Program-made: the position numbers and the translations under genes
Shown here: positions 36,256-47,100 of the stretch, piece after piece
How positions within the stretch are numbered: the first letter of the stretch is position 1
How the letters are laid out: the number at the start of each line of letters is the position of its first letter
NCBI GenBank assembly: GCA_964016885.1
Contig: OZ024742.1
Span: forward strand, 185,070,001 to 185,134,000
Reading direction: 5' to 3'
Source: Eledone cirrhosa
Taxonomy: Eukaryota
DNA: 64,000 nucleotides
Notes under the pieces: generated by a model
What the model was told of the DNA's origin: nothing
The model's database searches: none
Seen by the model: only the letters and a program-made list of their open reading frames with translations

Positions 36256-39200
36256 TGGGGTTAAGTTAAGTTGGGGTTAAGTTAAGTTGTGGTTAAGTTA
36301 AGTTGGGGCTGAGTTAAGTTGGGGTCAAGTTAAGTTGGGGTTGAGTTAAGTTGGGGTTAAGTTAACTTGGGGTTAATTTAAGTTGGGGTTAAGTCAAATT
36401 GGGTTTGAGTTAAGTTAGGGTTAAGTTAAGTTGGGGTTAAGTTAAGTTGGGGTTAAGTTAAGTTGGGGTTAAGTTAAGTTGGGGTTAAATTAAGCTGGGT
36501 TTAAGTTAAGTTGGGGTTAAGTTAAGTTGGGGTTAAGTTAAGGTGGGGTTAAGTTAAGTTGAGGTTAAGTTAAGTTAGGGTTAAATTCAGTTGGGGTTAA
36601 GTTAAGTTGGGGTTAAGTTAAGTTGGGGATAAGTTAAGTTGAGTTTAAGTTAAGTTGGAGTTAATTTAAGTTGAGGTTAAGTTAAGTTGTGGTTAAGTTA
36701 AGTTGTGGTTAAGTTAAGTTGGGGTTAAGTTAAGTTGGGGTTCAGTTAAGTTGGGGTTACGTTAAGTAGGGGTTAAGTTGGGGTTAAATTAAGTTGGGGT
36801 TAAGTTAAGTTGGGGTTAAGTTAAGTTGGGGTTAAGTTAAGTTGGGGTTAAGTTAAGTTGGGGTTGAGTTAAGTTGGGGTTAAGTTAAGTCGGGGTTAAG
36901 TTAAGTTGGGGTTAAGTTAAGTTGGGGTTAAGTTAAGTTGGGGTTAAGTTAAGTTGGGGTTGAGTTAAGTTGGGGTTAAGTTAAGTTGGGTTTAAGTTAA
37001 GTTGGGGTTAAGTTAAGTTGGGGTTAAGTTAAGGTGGGGTTAAGTTAAGTTGGGGTTAAGTTAAGTCGGGGTTAAGTTAAGTTGGGGTTAAGTTAAGTTG
37101 GGGTTAAGTTAAGTTGGGGTTAAGATAAGTTGGGGTTAAGTTAAGTTGGGGTTGAGTTAAGTTGGGGTTAAGTTAAGTTGGCGTTCAGTTAAGTTGCGGT
37201 TAAGTTAAGATGGTGTTAACTTAAGTCGGGGTTAAGTTAAGTTGGGGTTAAGTTAAGTTGGGGTCAAGTTAAGTTGGGGTTAAGTTAAGTTGGGGTTAAG
37301 TTAAGTTGGGGTTAAGTTAAGTCGGGGTTAAGTTAAGTTGGGGTTAAGTTAAGTTGGGGTTAAGTTAAGTTGGGGTCAAGTTAAGTTGGGGTTAAGTTAA
37401 GTTGGGGTTAAGTTAAGTTGGGGTTAAGTTAAGTCGCGGTTAAGTTAAGTTGGGGTTAAGTTAAGATGGGGTTAAGTTAAGTTGTGGTTAAGTTAAGTTG
37501 GGGTTAAGATAAGTTGGGGTTAAGTTAAGTTGCGGTTGAGTTAAGTTGGGGTTGAGTTAATTGGGGTTAAGATAAGTTGGGGTTAAGTTAAGTTGCGGTT
37601 GAGTTAAGTTGGGGTTGAGTTAATTGGGGTTAAGTTAAGTTGGGGTTAACTTAAGTTGGGTTTAAGTTAAGTTGGGGTTAAGTTAAGTTGGGGTTAAATT
37701 AAGTTGGGGTTATGATAAGTTGGGGTTAAGTTAAGTCGGGGTTAAGTTATGTCGGGGTTAAGTTAAGTTGGTGTTAAGTTAACTTGGTGTTAAGTTAAGT
37801 TGGGGTTCAGTTAAGTTGGGGTTGAGTTAAGTTGGGGGTCAAGTTAAGTTGGGGTTAAGCTAAGTTGGGGTTAAGTTAAGTTGGCGTTAAGTTAAGTTGG
37901 GGTTAATTTAAGTTTTGGTTAAGTTAAGTTGGGACTGAGTTAGGTTGGGGTCAAGTTAAGTTGGGGTTGAGTTAAGTTGGGGTTGAGTTAATTTGGGGTT
38001 AAGTTAAGTTGGGGTTAACTTAAGTTGGGGTTCAGTTAAGTTGGCGTTCAGTTAAGTTGCGGTGAAGTTAAGTTGGGGTTAACTTAAGTCGGGGTTAAGT
38101 TAAGTTGGGGTTAATTTAAGTTGGGGTCAAGTTAAGTTGGGGTTAAGTTAAGTTGGGGTTAAGTTAAGTTGGGGTTAAGTTAAGTTGCGGTTAAGTTAAG
38201 TTGGGGTCAAGTTAAGTTGGGGTTAAGTTAAGTTGGGGTTAAGCTAAGTCGCGGTTAAGTTAAGTTGGGGTTAAGTTAAGATGGGGTTAAGTTAAGTTGG
38301 GGTTAAGTTAAGTTGGGGTTAAGATAAGTTGGGGTTAAGTTAAGTTGGGGTTGAGTTAAGTTGGGGTTGAGTTAATTGGGGTTAAGTTAAGTTGGGGTTA
38401 ACTTAAGTTGGGTTTAAGTTAAGTTGGGGTTAAGTTAAGTTGGGGTTAAATTAAGTTGGGGTTAAGATAAGTTGGGGTTAAGTTAAGTCGGGGTTAAGTT
38501 AAGTCGGGGTTAAGTTAAGTTGGGGTTAAGTTAACTTGCTGTTAAGTTAAGTTGGGGCTCAGTTAAGTTGGGGTTGAGTTAAGTTGGGGTCAAGTTAAGT
38601 TGGGACTAAGCTAAGTTGGGGTTAACTTAAGTTGCGGTTAACTTAAGTTGGCGCTAAGTTAAGTGAAGGTTAAGTTAAGTTGGGGTTGAGTTAAGTTGGG
38701 GTTAAGTTAAGTTGGGGTTGAGTTAAGTTGGGGTTGAGTTAAGTTGGGGTTGAGTTAAGTTGGGGTTACGTTAAGTTGGGGTTAAGTTAAGTTGGGGTTA
38801 AGTTAAGTTTAGGTTAACTTAAGTTGGGGTTAAGTTAAGTTGGGGTTAAGTTAAGTTGGGGCTAAGTTAAGTTGGGGCTAATTTAAGTTGGGGCTAAGTT
38901 AAGTTGGGGTTAAGTTAAGGTGGGGTTTAGTTAAGTTGGGGTTGATTTAAGTTGGGGTTGAGTTAAGTTGGGGTTAAGTTAAGTTGGGGTTAAGTTAAGT
39001 TAGGGTTAACTTAAGTTGGGGTTAATTTAAGTTGGGGTTGAGTTAAGTTGGGGTTTAATTAAGTTGGGGTTGAGTTAAGTTGGGGTTGAGTTAAGTTGGG
39101 CTTGAGTTAAGTTGGGGTTGAGTTAAGTTGGGCTTATCTTAAGTTGGGGTTAATTTAAGATGGGGTTAAGTTAAGTTGGGGTTAAGTTAATTTGGGGTTA

Positions 39201-41119
39201 AGTTAAGTTGGGGTTAAGTTAAGTTGGGGTTATGTTAAGTTGGGGTTAAGTTAAGTTGAGGTTAACTTAAGTTGGGGTTAAGTTAAGTTGGGGTTAAGTT
39301 AAGTTGGGGCTTAGTTAAGTTGGGGCTAAGTTAAGTTGGGGTTAAGTTAAGTTGGGGTTAAGTTAAGTTGGGGTTAAGTTAAGTTGGGGTTAAGATAAGT
39401 TGGGGTTAAGTTAAGTTGGGGTTGAGTTAAGTTGGGGTTGAGTTAATTTGGGGTTAAGTTAAGTTGGGGTTAACTTAAGTTGGGGTTCAGTTAAGTTGGC
39501 GTTCAGTTAAGTTGCGGTGAAGTTAAGTTGGGGTTAACTTAAGTCGGGGTTAAGTTAAGTTGGGGTTAAGTTAAGTTGGGGTGAAGTTAAGTTGGGGTTA
39601 AGTTAAGTTGGGGTTATGTTAAGTTGGCGTTCAGTTAAGTTGCGGTGAAGTTAAGTTGGGGTTAACTTAAGTCGGGGTTAAGTTAAGTTGGAGTTAAGTT
39701 AAGTTGGGGTCAAGTTAAGTTGGGGTTAAGTTAAGTTGGGGTTATGTTAAGTTGGGGTTAAGTTAAGTTGGGGTTAAGTTAAGTCGGGGTTAAGTTAAGT
39801 TGGGGTTAAGTTAATTGGGGGTAAGTTAAGTTTGGGTTAAGTTGGGGTTAAGTTAAGTTAGGGTTAAGTTACGTTGGGGTTGAGTTAAGTTGGGGTTAAT
39901 TTAAATTGGGGTTAAGTTAACTTTGTGGTTAAGTTAAGTTGGGGTTAAGTTAAGTTGAGGTTAAGTTAATTTGAGGTTAAGTTAAGTTGGGGTTAAGTTA
40001 AGTTGGGGTTAAATTAAGCTGGGTTGAAGTTAAGTTGGGGTTAAGTTAAGTTGGGGTTAAGTTAAGTTGGGGTCAAGTTAAGTTGGGGTTAAGTTAAGTT
40101 AGGGTTAAGTTAAGCTTGGGTTAAATTAAGTTGGGGTTGAGTTAATTTGGGGTTGAGTTAAGTTGGGGTTGAGTTAAGTTGGGGTTGAGTTAAGTTGGGG
40201 TTAAGTTAAGTTGGTGTTAACTTAAGTTGGGGTTAAGTTAAGTTGGGGTCAATTTAAGTTGAGGTTAAGTTAACTTGGGATTAAGTTAAGTTGGGGTTAA
40301 CTTAAATTGAGGTTAAGTTAAGTTGGGGTTAAGTTAAGTTGGGGGTAAGTTAAGTTGGGGGTAAGTTAAGTTTGGGTTAAGTTGGGGTTAAGTTAAGTTA
40401 GGGTTAAGTTACGTTGGGGTTGAGTTAAATTGGGGTTAATTTAAATTGGGGTTAAGTTAACTTTGTGGTTAAGTTAAGTTGGGGTTAAGTTAAGTTGAGG
40501 TTAAGTTAATTTGAGGTTAAGTTAAGTTGGGGTTAAGTTAAGTTGGGGTTAAATTAAGCTGGGTTGAAGTTAAGTTGGGGTTAAGTTAAGTTGGGGTTAA
40601 GTTAAGTTGGGGTTGAGTTAAGTTGGGGTTAAGTTAAGTTGGGTTTAAGTTAAGTTGGGGTTAAGTTAAGTTGGGGTTAAGTTAAGGTGGGGTTAAGTTA
40701 AGTTGGGGTTAAGTTAAGTCGGGGTTAAGTTAAGTTGGGGTTAAGTTAAGTTGGGGTTAAATTAAGTTGGGGTTAAGTTAAGTAGGGGTTAAGATAAGTT
40801 GGGGTTAAGTTAAGTTGGGGTTGAGTTAAGTTGGGGTTGAGTTAATTTGGGGTTAAGTTAAGTTGGGGTTAACTTAAGTTGGGGTTAAGTTAAGTTGGCG
40901 TTCAGTTAAGTTGCGGTTAAGTTAAGTTGGGGTTAACTTAAGTCGGGGTTAAGTTAAGTTGGGGTTAAGTTAAGTTGGGGTCAGGTTAAGTTGGGGTTAA
41001 GTTAAGTTGGGGTTAAGTTAAGTTGGGGTTAAGTTAAGTCGGGGTTAAGTTAAGTTGGGGTTAAGTTAAGTTGGGGTTAAGTTAAGTTGGGGTCAAGTTA
41101 AGTTGGGGTTAAGTTAAGT

Positions 41120-44100
41120 TGGGGTTAAGTTAAGTTGGGGTTAAGTTAAGTCGCGGTTAGTTAAGTTGGGGTTAAGTTCAGATGGGGTTAAGTTAAGTTG
41201 TGGTTAAGTTAAGTTGGGGTTAAGATAAGTTGGGGTTAACTTAAGTTGCGGTTGAGTTAAGTTAGGGTTGAGTTAATTGGGGTTAAGTTAAGTTGGGGCT
41301 AAGTTAAGTTGGGGCTAAGTTAAGTTGGGGCTAAGTTAAGTTGGGGTTAAGTTAAGGTGGGGTTTAGTTAAGTTGGGGTTGAGTTAAGTTGGGGTTGAGT
41401 TAAGTTGGGGTTAAGTTAAGTTGGGGTTAAGTTAAGTTAGGGTTAACTTAAGTTGGGGTTAAGTTAAGTTTAGGTTAACTTAAGTTGGGGTTAAGTTAAG
41501 TTGGGGTTAAGTTAAGTTGGGGCTAAGTTAAGTTGGGGCTAAGTTAAGTTGGGGCTAAGTTAAGTTGGGGTTAAGTTAAGGTGGGGTTTAGTTAAGTTGG
41601 GGTTGAGTTAAGTTGGGGTTGAGTTAAGTTAGGGTTAAGTTAAGTTGGGGTTAATTTAAGTTAGGGTTAACTTAAGTTGGGGTTAAGTTAAGTTGGGGTT
41701 TAATTAAGTTGGGGTTGAGTTAAGTTGGGGTTGAGTTAAGTTGGGCTTGAGTTAAGTTGGGGTTGAGTTAAGTTGGGCTTATCTTAAGTTGGGGTTAATT
41801 TAAGATGGGGTTAAGTTAAGTTGGGGTTAAGTTAATTTGGGGTTAAGTTAAGTTGGGGTTAAGTTAAGTTGGGGTTATGTTAAGTTGGGGTTAAGTTAAG
41901 TTGAGGTTAACTTAAGTTGGGGTTAAGTTAAGTTGGGGCTAAGTTAAGTTGGGGCTAAGTTAAGTTGGGGTTAAGTTAAGTTGGGGTTAAGTTAAGTTGG
42001 GGTCAACTTAAGTTGGGGCTAAGTTAAGTTGGGGTTAAGTTAAGTTGGGGCTAAGTTAAGTTGGAGTTAAGTTAAGTTGGGGTTAAATTAAGTTGGGGTC
42101 AACGTAAGTTGGGGTTAAGTTAAGTTGGGGTTAAGTTAATTTGGGGGTAAGTTAAGTTGGGGTTAAGTTAAGTTGGGGTTAAGTTAAGTTGGGGTTAAGT
42201 TAAGTTGGGGCTGAGTTAAATTGGGGCTGTGTTAAGTTGGGGTTAAGTTAAGTTGGGGTTAAGTTAAGTTGGGGTTAAGTTAAGTTGGGGTTAAGTTGGG
42301 GTTAAATTAAGTTGGGGTTAATTTAAGTTGGGGTTAAGTTAAGTTGGGTTTAGGTTAAGTTGGGGTTGAGTTAAGTTGGGGTTAAGTTAAGTTGGGGTTA
42401 ATTTAAGTTGGGGTTAAGTTAAGTTGGGGCTGAGTTAAGTTGGGGTTAAGTTAAGTTGGGGTTGAGTTAAGTTGGGGTTAAGTTAAGTTGGGGTTAAGTT
42501 AAGTCGGGGTTAAGTTAAGTTGGGGTTAAGTTAAGTTGGGGTTAAGTTAAGTTGGGGTTAAGTTAAGTTGGGGTTAAGTTAAGTTGGGGTTAAGATAAGT
42601 TGGGGTTAAGTTAAGTTGGGGTTGAGTTAAGTTGGGGTTGAGTTAATTTGGGGTTAAGTTAAGTTGGGGTTAAGTTAAGTTGGGGTTAAGTTAAGTTGGG
42701 GTTAAGTTAAGTTGGGGTTAAGATAAGTTGGGGTTAAGTTAAGTTGGGGTTGAGTTAAGTTGGGGTTGAGTTAAGTTGGGGTTAAGTTAAGTTGGGGTTA
42801 ATTTAAGTTGGGGTTAAGTTAAGTTGGGGCTGAGTTAAGTTGGGGTTAAGTTAAGTTGGGGTTGAGTTAAGTTGGGGTTAAGTTAAGTTGGGGTTAAGTT
42901 AAGTCGGGGTTAAGTTAAGTTGGGGTTAAGTTAAGTTGGGGTTAAGTTAAGTTGGGGTTAAGTTAAGTTGGGGTTAAGTTAAGTTGGGGTTAACTTAAGT
43001 CGGGGTTAAGTTAAGTTGGGGTTAAGTTAAGTTGGGGTCAAGTTAAGTTGGGGTTAAGTTGGGGTTATGTTAAGTTGGGGTTAAGTTAAGTTGGGGTTAA
43101 GTTAAGTCGGGGTTAAGTTAAGTTGGGGTTAAGTTAAGTTGGGGTTAAGTTAAGTTGGGGTCAAGTTAAGTTGGGGTTAAGTTAAGTTGGGGTTAAGTTA
43201 AGTCGCGGTTAAGTTAAGTTGGGGTTAAGTTAAGATGGGGTTAAGTTAAGTTGGGGTTAAGTTAAGTTGGGGTTAAGATAAGTTGGGGTTAAGTTAAGTT
43301 GGGGTTGAGTTAAGTTGGGGTTGAGTTAATTGGGGTTAAGTTAAGTTGGGGTTAACTTAAGTTGGGTTTAAGTTAAGTTGGGGTTAAGTTAAGTTGGGGT
43401 TAAATTAAGTTGGGGTTAAGATAAGTTGGGGTTAAGTTAAGTCGGGGTTAAGTTAAGTCGGGGTTAAGTTAAGTTGGGGTTAAGTTAACTTGGTGTTAAG
43501 TTAAGTTGGGGCTCAGTTAAGTTGGGGTTGAGTTAAGTTGGGGTCAATTTAAGTTGGGACTAAGCTAAGTTGGGGTTAAGTTAAGTTGGGGTTAAGTTAA
43601 GTTGGCGCTAAGTTTAGTGAAGGTTAAGTTAAGTTGGGGTTGAGTTAAGTTGGGGTTAAGTTAAGTTGGGGTTAAGTTAAGTTAGGGTTAAGTTAAGCTT
43701 GGGTTAAGTTAAGTTGGGGTTGAGTTAATTTGGGGTTGAGTTAAGTTGGGGTTGAGTTAAGTTGGGGTTGAGTTAAGTTGGGGTTAAGTTAAGTTGGGGT
43801 TAACTTAAGTTGGGGTTAAGTTAAGTTGGGGTCAATTTAAGTTGAGGTTAAGTTAACTTGGGATTAAGTTAAGTTGGGGTTAACTTAAATTGAGGTTAAG
43901 TTAAGTTGGGGTTAAGTTAAGTTGGGGGTAAGTTAAGTTGGGGGTAAGTTAAGTTTGGGTTAAGTTGGGGTTAAGTTAAGTTAGGGTTAAGTTACGTTGG
44001 GGTTGAGTTAAGTTGGGGTTAATTTAAATTGGGGTTAAGTTAACTTTGTGGTTCAGTTAAGTTGGGGTTAAGTTAAGTTGGGGCTTATTTAAGTTGGGGT

Positions 44101-47100
44101 TAAGTTAAGTTGTGGTTAAGTTAAGTTGGGGTTAAGTTAAGTTGGGGTTAAGTTAAGTTGGGGTTAAGTTAAGTTGGGGTTAAATTAAGCTGGGTTGAAG
44201 TTAAGTTGGGGTTAAGTTAAGTTGGGGTTAAGTTAAGTTGGGGTTAAGTTAAGTTGGGGTTAAGTTAAGTCGGGGTTAAGTTAATTTGGGGTTCAGTTAA
44301 GTTGGGGTTAAGTTAAGTTGGGGCTTATTTAAGTTGGGGTTAAGTTAAGTTGTGGTTAAGTTAAGTTGGGGTTAAGTTAAGTCGGGGTTAAGTTAAGTCG
44401 GGGTTAAGTTAAGTTGTGGTTAAGTTAAGTTGGGGTTAAGTTAAGTTGGGGTTAAGTTAAGTTAGGGATAAGCTAAGTTGGCGTTAAGTTAAGTTGGGGT
44501 TAAGTTAAGTTGGGGTTAAGTTAAGTTGTGGTTAAGTTAAGTTGGGGCTGAGTTAAGTTGGGGTCAAGTTAAGTTGGGGTTGAGTTAAGTTGGGGTTAAG
44601 TTAAGTTGGGGTTAAGTTAAGTCGCGGTTAAGTTAAGTTGGGGTTAAGTTAAGATGGGGTTAAGTTAAGTTGTGGTTAAGTTAAGTTGGGGTTAAGATAA
44701 GTTGGGGTTAAGTTAAGTTGCGGTTGAGTTAAGTTGGGGTTGAGTTAATTGGGGTTAAGTTAAGTTGGGGTTAACTTAAGTTGGGTTTAAGTTAAGTTGG
44801 GGTTAAGTTAAGTTGGGGTTAAATTAAGTTGGGGTTATGATAAGTTGGGGTTAAGTTAAGTCGGGGTTAAGTTATGTCGGGGTTAAGTTAAGTTGGTGTT
44901 AAGTTAACTTGGTGTTAAGTTAAGTTGGGGTTCAGTTAAGTTGGGGTTGAGTTAAGTTGGGGGTCAAGTTAAGTTGGGGTTAAGCTAAGTTGGGGTTAAG
45001 TTAAGTTGGGGTTAAGTTAAGTTGGGGTTAATTTAAGTTTTGGTTAAGTTAAGTTGTGGCTGAGTTAAGTTGGGGTCAAGTTAAGTTGGGGTTGAGTTAA
45101 GAAGGGGTTAAGTGAACTTGGGGTTAAGTTAAGTTGGGGTTAAGTTAAGTTGGGGTTAAGTTAAGTTGGGGTTAAGTTAAGTTGGGGTTAAGATAAGTTG
45201 GGGTTAAGTTAAGTTGGGGTTGAGTTAAGTTGGGGTTGAGTTAATTTGGGGTTAAGTTAAGTTGGGGTTAACTTAAGTTGGGGTTCAGTTAAGTTGGCGT
45301 TCAGTTAAGTTGCGGTGAAGTTAAGTTGGGGTTAACTTAAGTCGGGGTTAAGTTAAGTTGGGGTTAATTTAAGTTGGGGTCAAGTTAAGTTGGGGTTAAG
45401 TTAAGTTGGGGTTATGTTAAGTTGGGGTTAAGTTAAGTTGGGGTTAAGTTAAGTCGGGGTTAAGTTAAGTTGGGGTTAAGTTAAGTCGCGGTTAAGTTAA
45501 GTTGGGGTTAAGTTAAGATGGGGTTAAGTTAAGTTGGGGTTAAGTTAAGTTGGGGTTAAGATAAGTTGGGGTTAAGTTAAGTTGGGGTTGAGTTAAGTTG
45601 GGGTTGAGTTAATTGGGGTTAAGTTAAGTTGGGGTTAACTTAAGTTGGGTTTAAGTTAAGTTGGGGTTAAGTTAAGTTGGGGTTAAATTAAGTTGGGGTT
45701 AAGATAAGTTGGGGTTAAGTTAAGTCGGGGTTAAGTTAAGTCGGGTTTAAGTTAAGTTGGGGTTAAGTTAACGTGCTGTTAAGTTAAGTTGGGGCTCAGT
45801 TAAGTTGGGGTTGAGTTAAGTTGGGGTCAAGTTAAGTTGGGACTAAGCTAAGTTGGGGTTAAGTTAAGTTGGGGTTAAGTTAAGTTGGCGCTAAGTTAAG
45901 TGAAGGTTAAGTTAAGTCGGGGTTAAGTTAAGTTGGGGTTAAGTTAAGTTGGGGTTAAGTTAAGTTGGGGTCAAGTTAAGTTGGGGTTAAGTTAAGTTGG
46001 GGTTAAGTTAAGTCGCGGTTAAGTTAAGTTGGGGTTAAGTTAAGATGGGGTTAAGTTAAGTTGGGGTTAAGTTAAGTTGGGGTTAAGATAAGTTGGGGTT
46101 CAGTTAAGTTGGGGTTGAGTTAAGTTGGGGTTGAGTTAATTGGGGGTAAGTTAAGTTGGGGGTAAGTTAAGTTTGGGTTAAGTTGGGGTTAAGTTAAGTT
46201 AGGGTTAAGTTACGTTGGGGTTGAGTTAAGTTGGGGTTAATTTAAATTGGGGTTAAGTTAACTTTGTGGTTAAGTTAAGTTGGGGTTAAGTTAAGTTGAG
46301 GTTAATTTAAGTTGAGGTTAAGTTAAGTTGGGGTTAAGTTAAGTTGGGGTTAAATTAAGCTGGGTTGAAGTTAAGTTGGGGTTAAGTTAAGTTGGGGTTA
46401 AGTTAAGTTGGGGTTAAGTTAAGTTGGGGTTAAGTTAAGTCGGGGTTAAGTTAATTTGGGGTTCAGTTAAGTTGGGGTTAAGTTAAGTTGGGGCTTATTT
46501 AAGTTGGGGTTAAGTTAAGTTGTGGTTAAGTTAAGTTGGGGTTAAGTTAAGTCGGGGTTAAGTTAAGTCGGGGTTAAGTTAAGTTGTGGTTAAGTTAAGT
46601 TGGGGTTAAGTTAAGTTGGGGTTGAGTTAAGTTAGGGATAAGCTAAGTTGGCTTTAAGTTAAGTTGGGGTTAAGTTAAGTTGGGGTTAAGTTAAGTTGTG
46701 GTTAAGTTAAGTTGGGGCTGAGTTAAGTTGGGGTCAAGTTAAGTTGGGGTTGAGTTAAGTTGGGGTTAAGTTAACTTGGGGTTAATTTAAGTTGGGGTTA
46801 AGTCAAATTGGGTTTGAGTTAAGTTAGGGTTAAGTTAAGTTGGGGTTAAGTTAAGTTGGGGTTAAGTTAAGTTGGGGTTAAGTTAAGTTGGGGTTAAATT
46901 AAGCTGGGTTTAAGTTAAGTTGGGGTTAAGTTAAGTTGGGGTTAAGTTAAGGTGGGGTTAAGTTAAGTTGAGGTTAAGTTAAGTTGGGGTTAAATTCAGT
47001 TGGGGTTAAGTTAAGTTGGGGTTAAGTTAAGTTGGGGATAAGTTAAGTTGAGTTTAAGTTAAGTTGGAGTTAATTTAAGTTGAGGTTAAGTTAAGTTGTG

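Larger units (their letters stand above)
27871..40100 (+). repeat. Copy 2 of the 7672-bp block, expanded by internal 3748-bp and 810-bp duplications (7672+3748+810=12230)
   Basis: The offset to copy 1 rises stepwise from 7672 to about 8498 to about 12230, matching the two internal duplications plus single-monomer indels. Confidence 0.88.
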
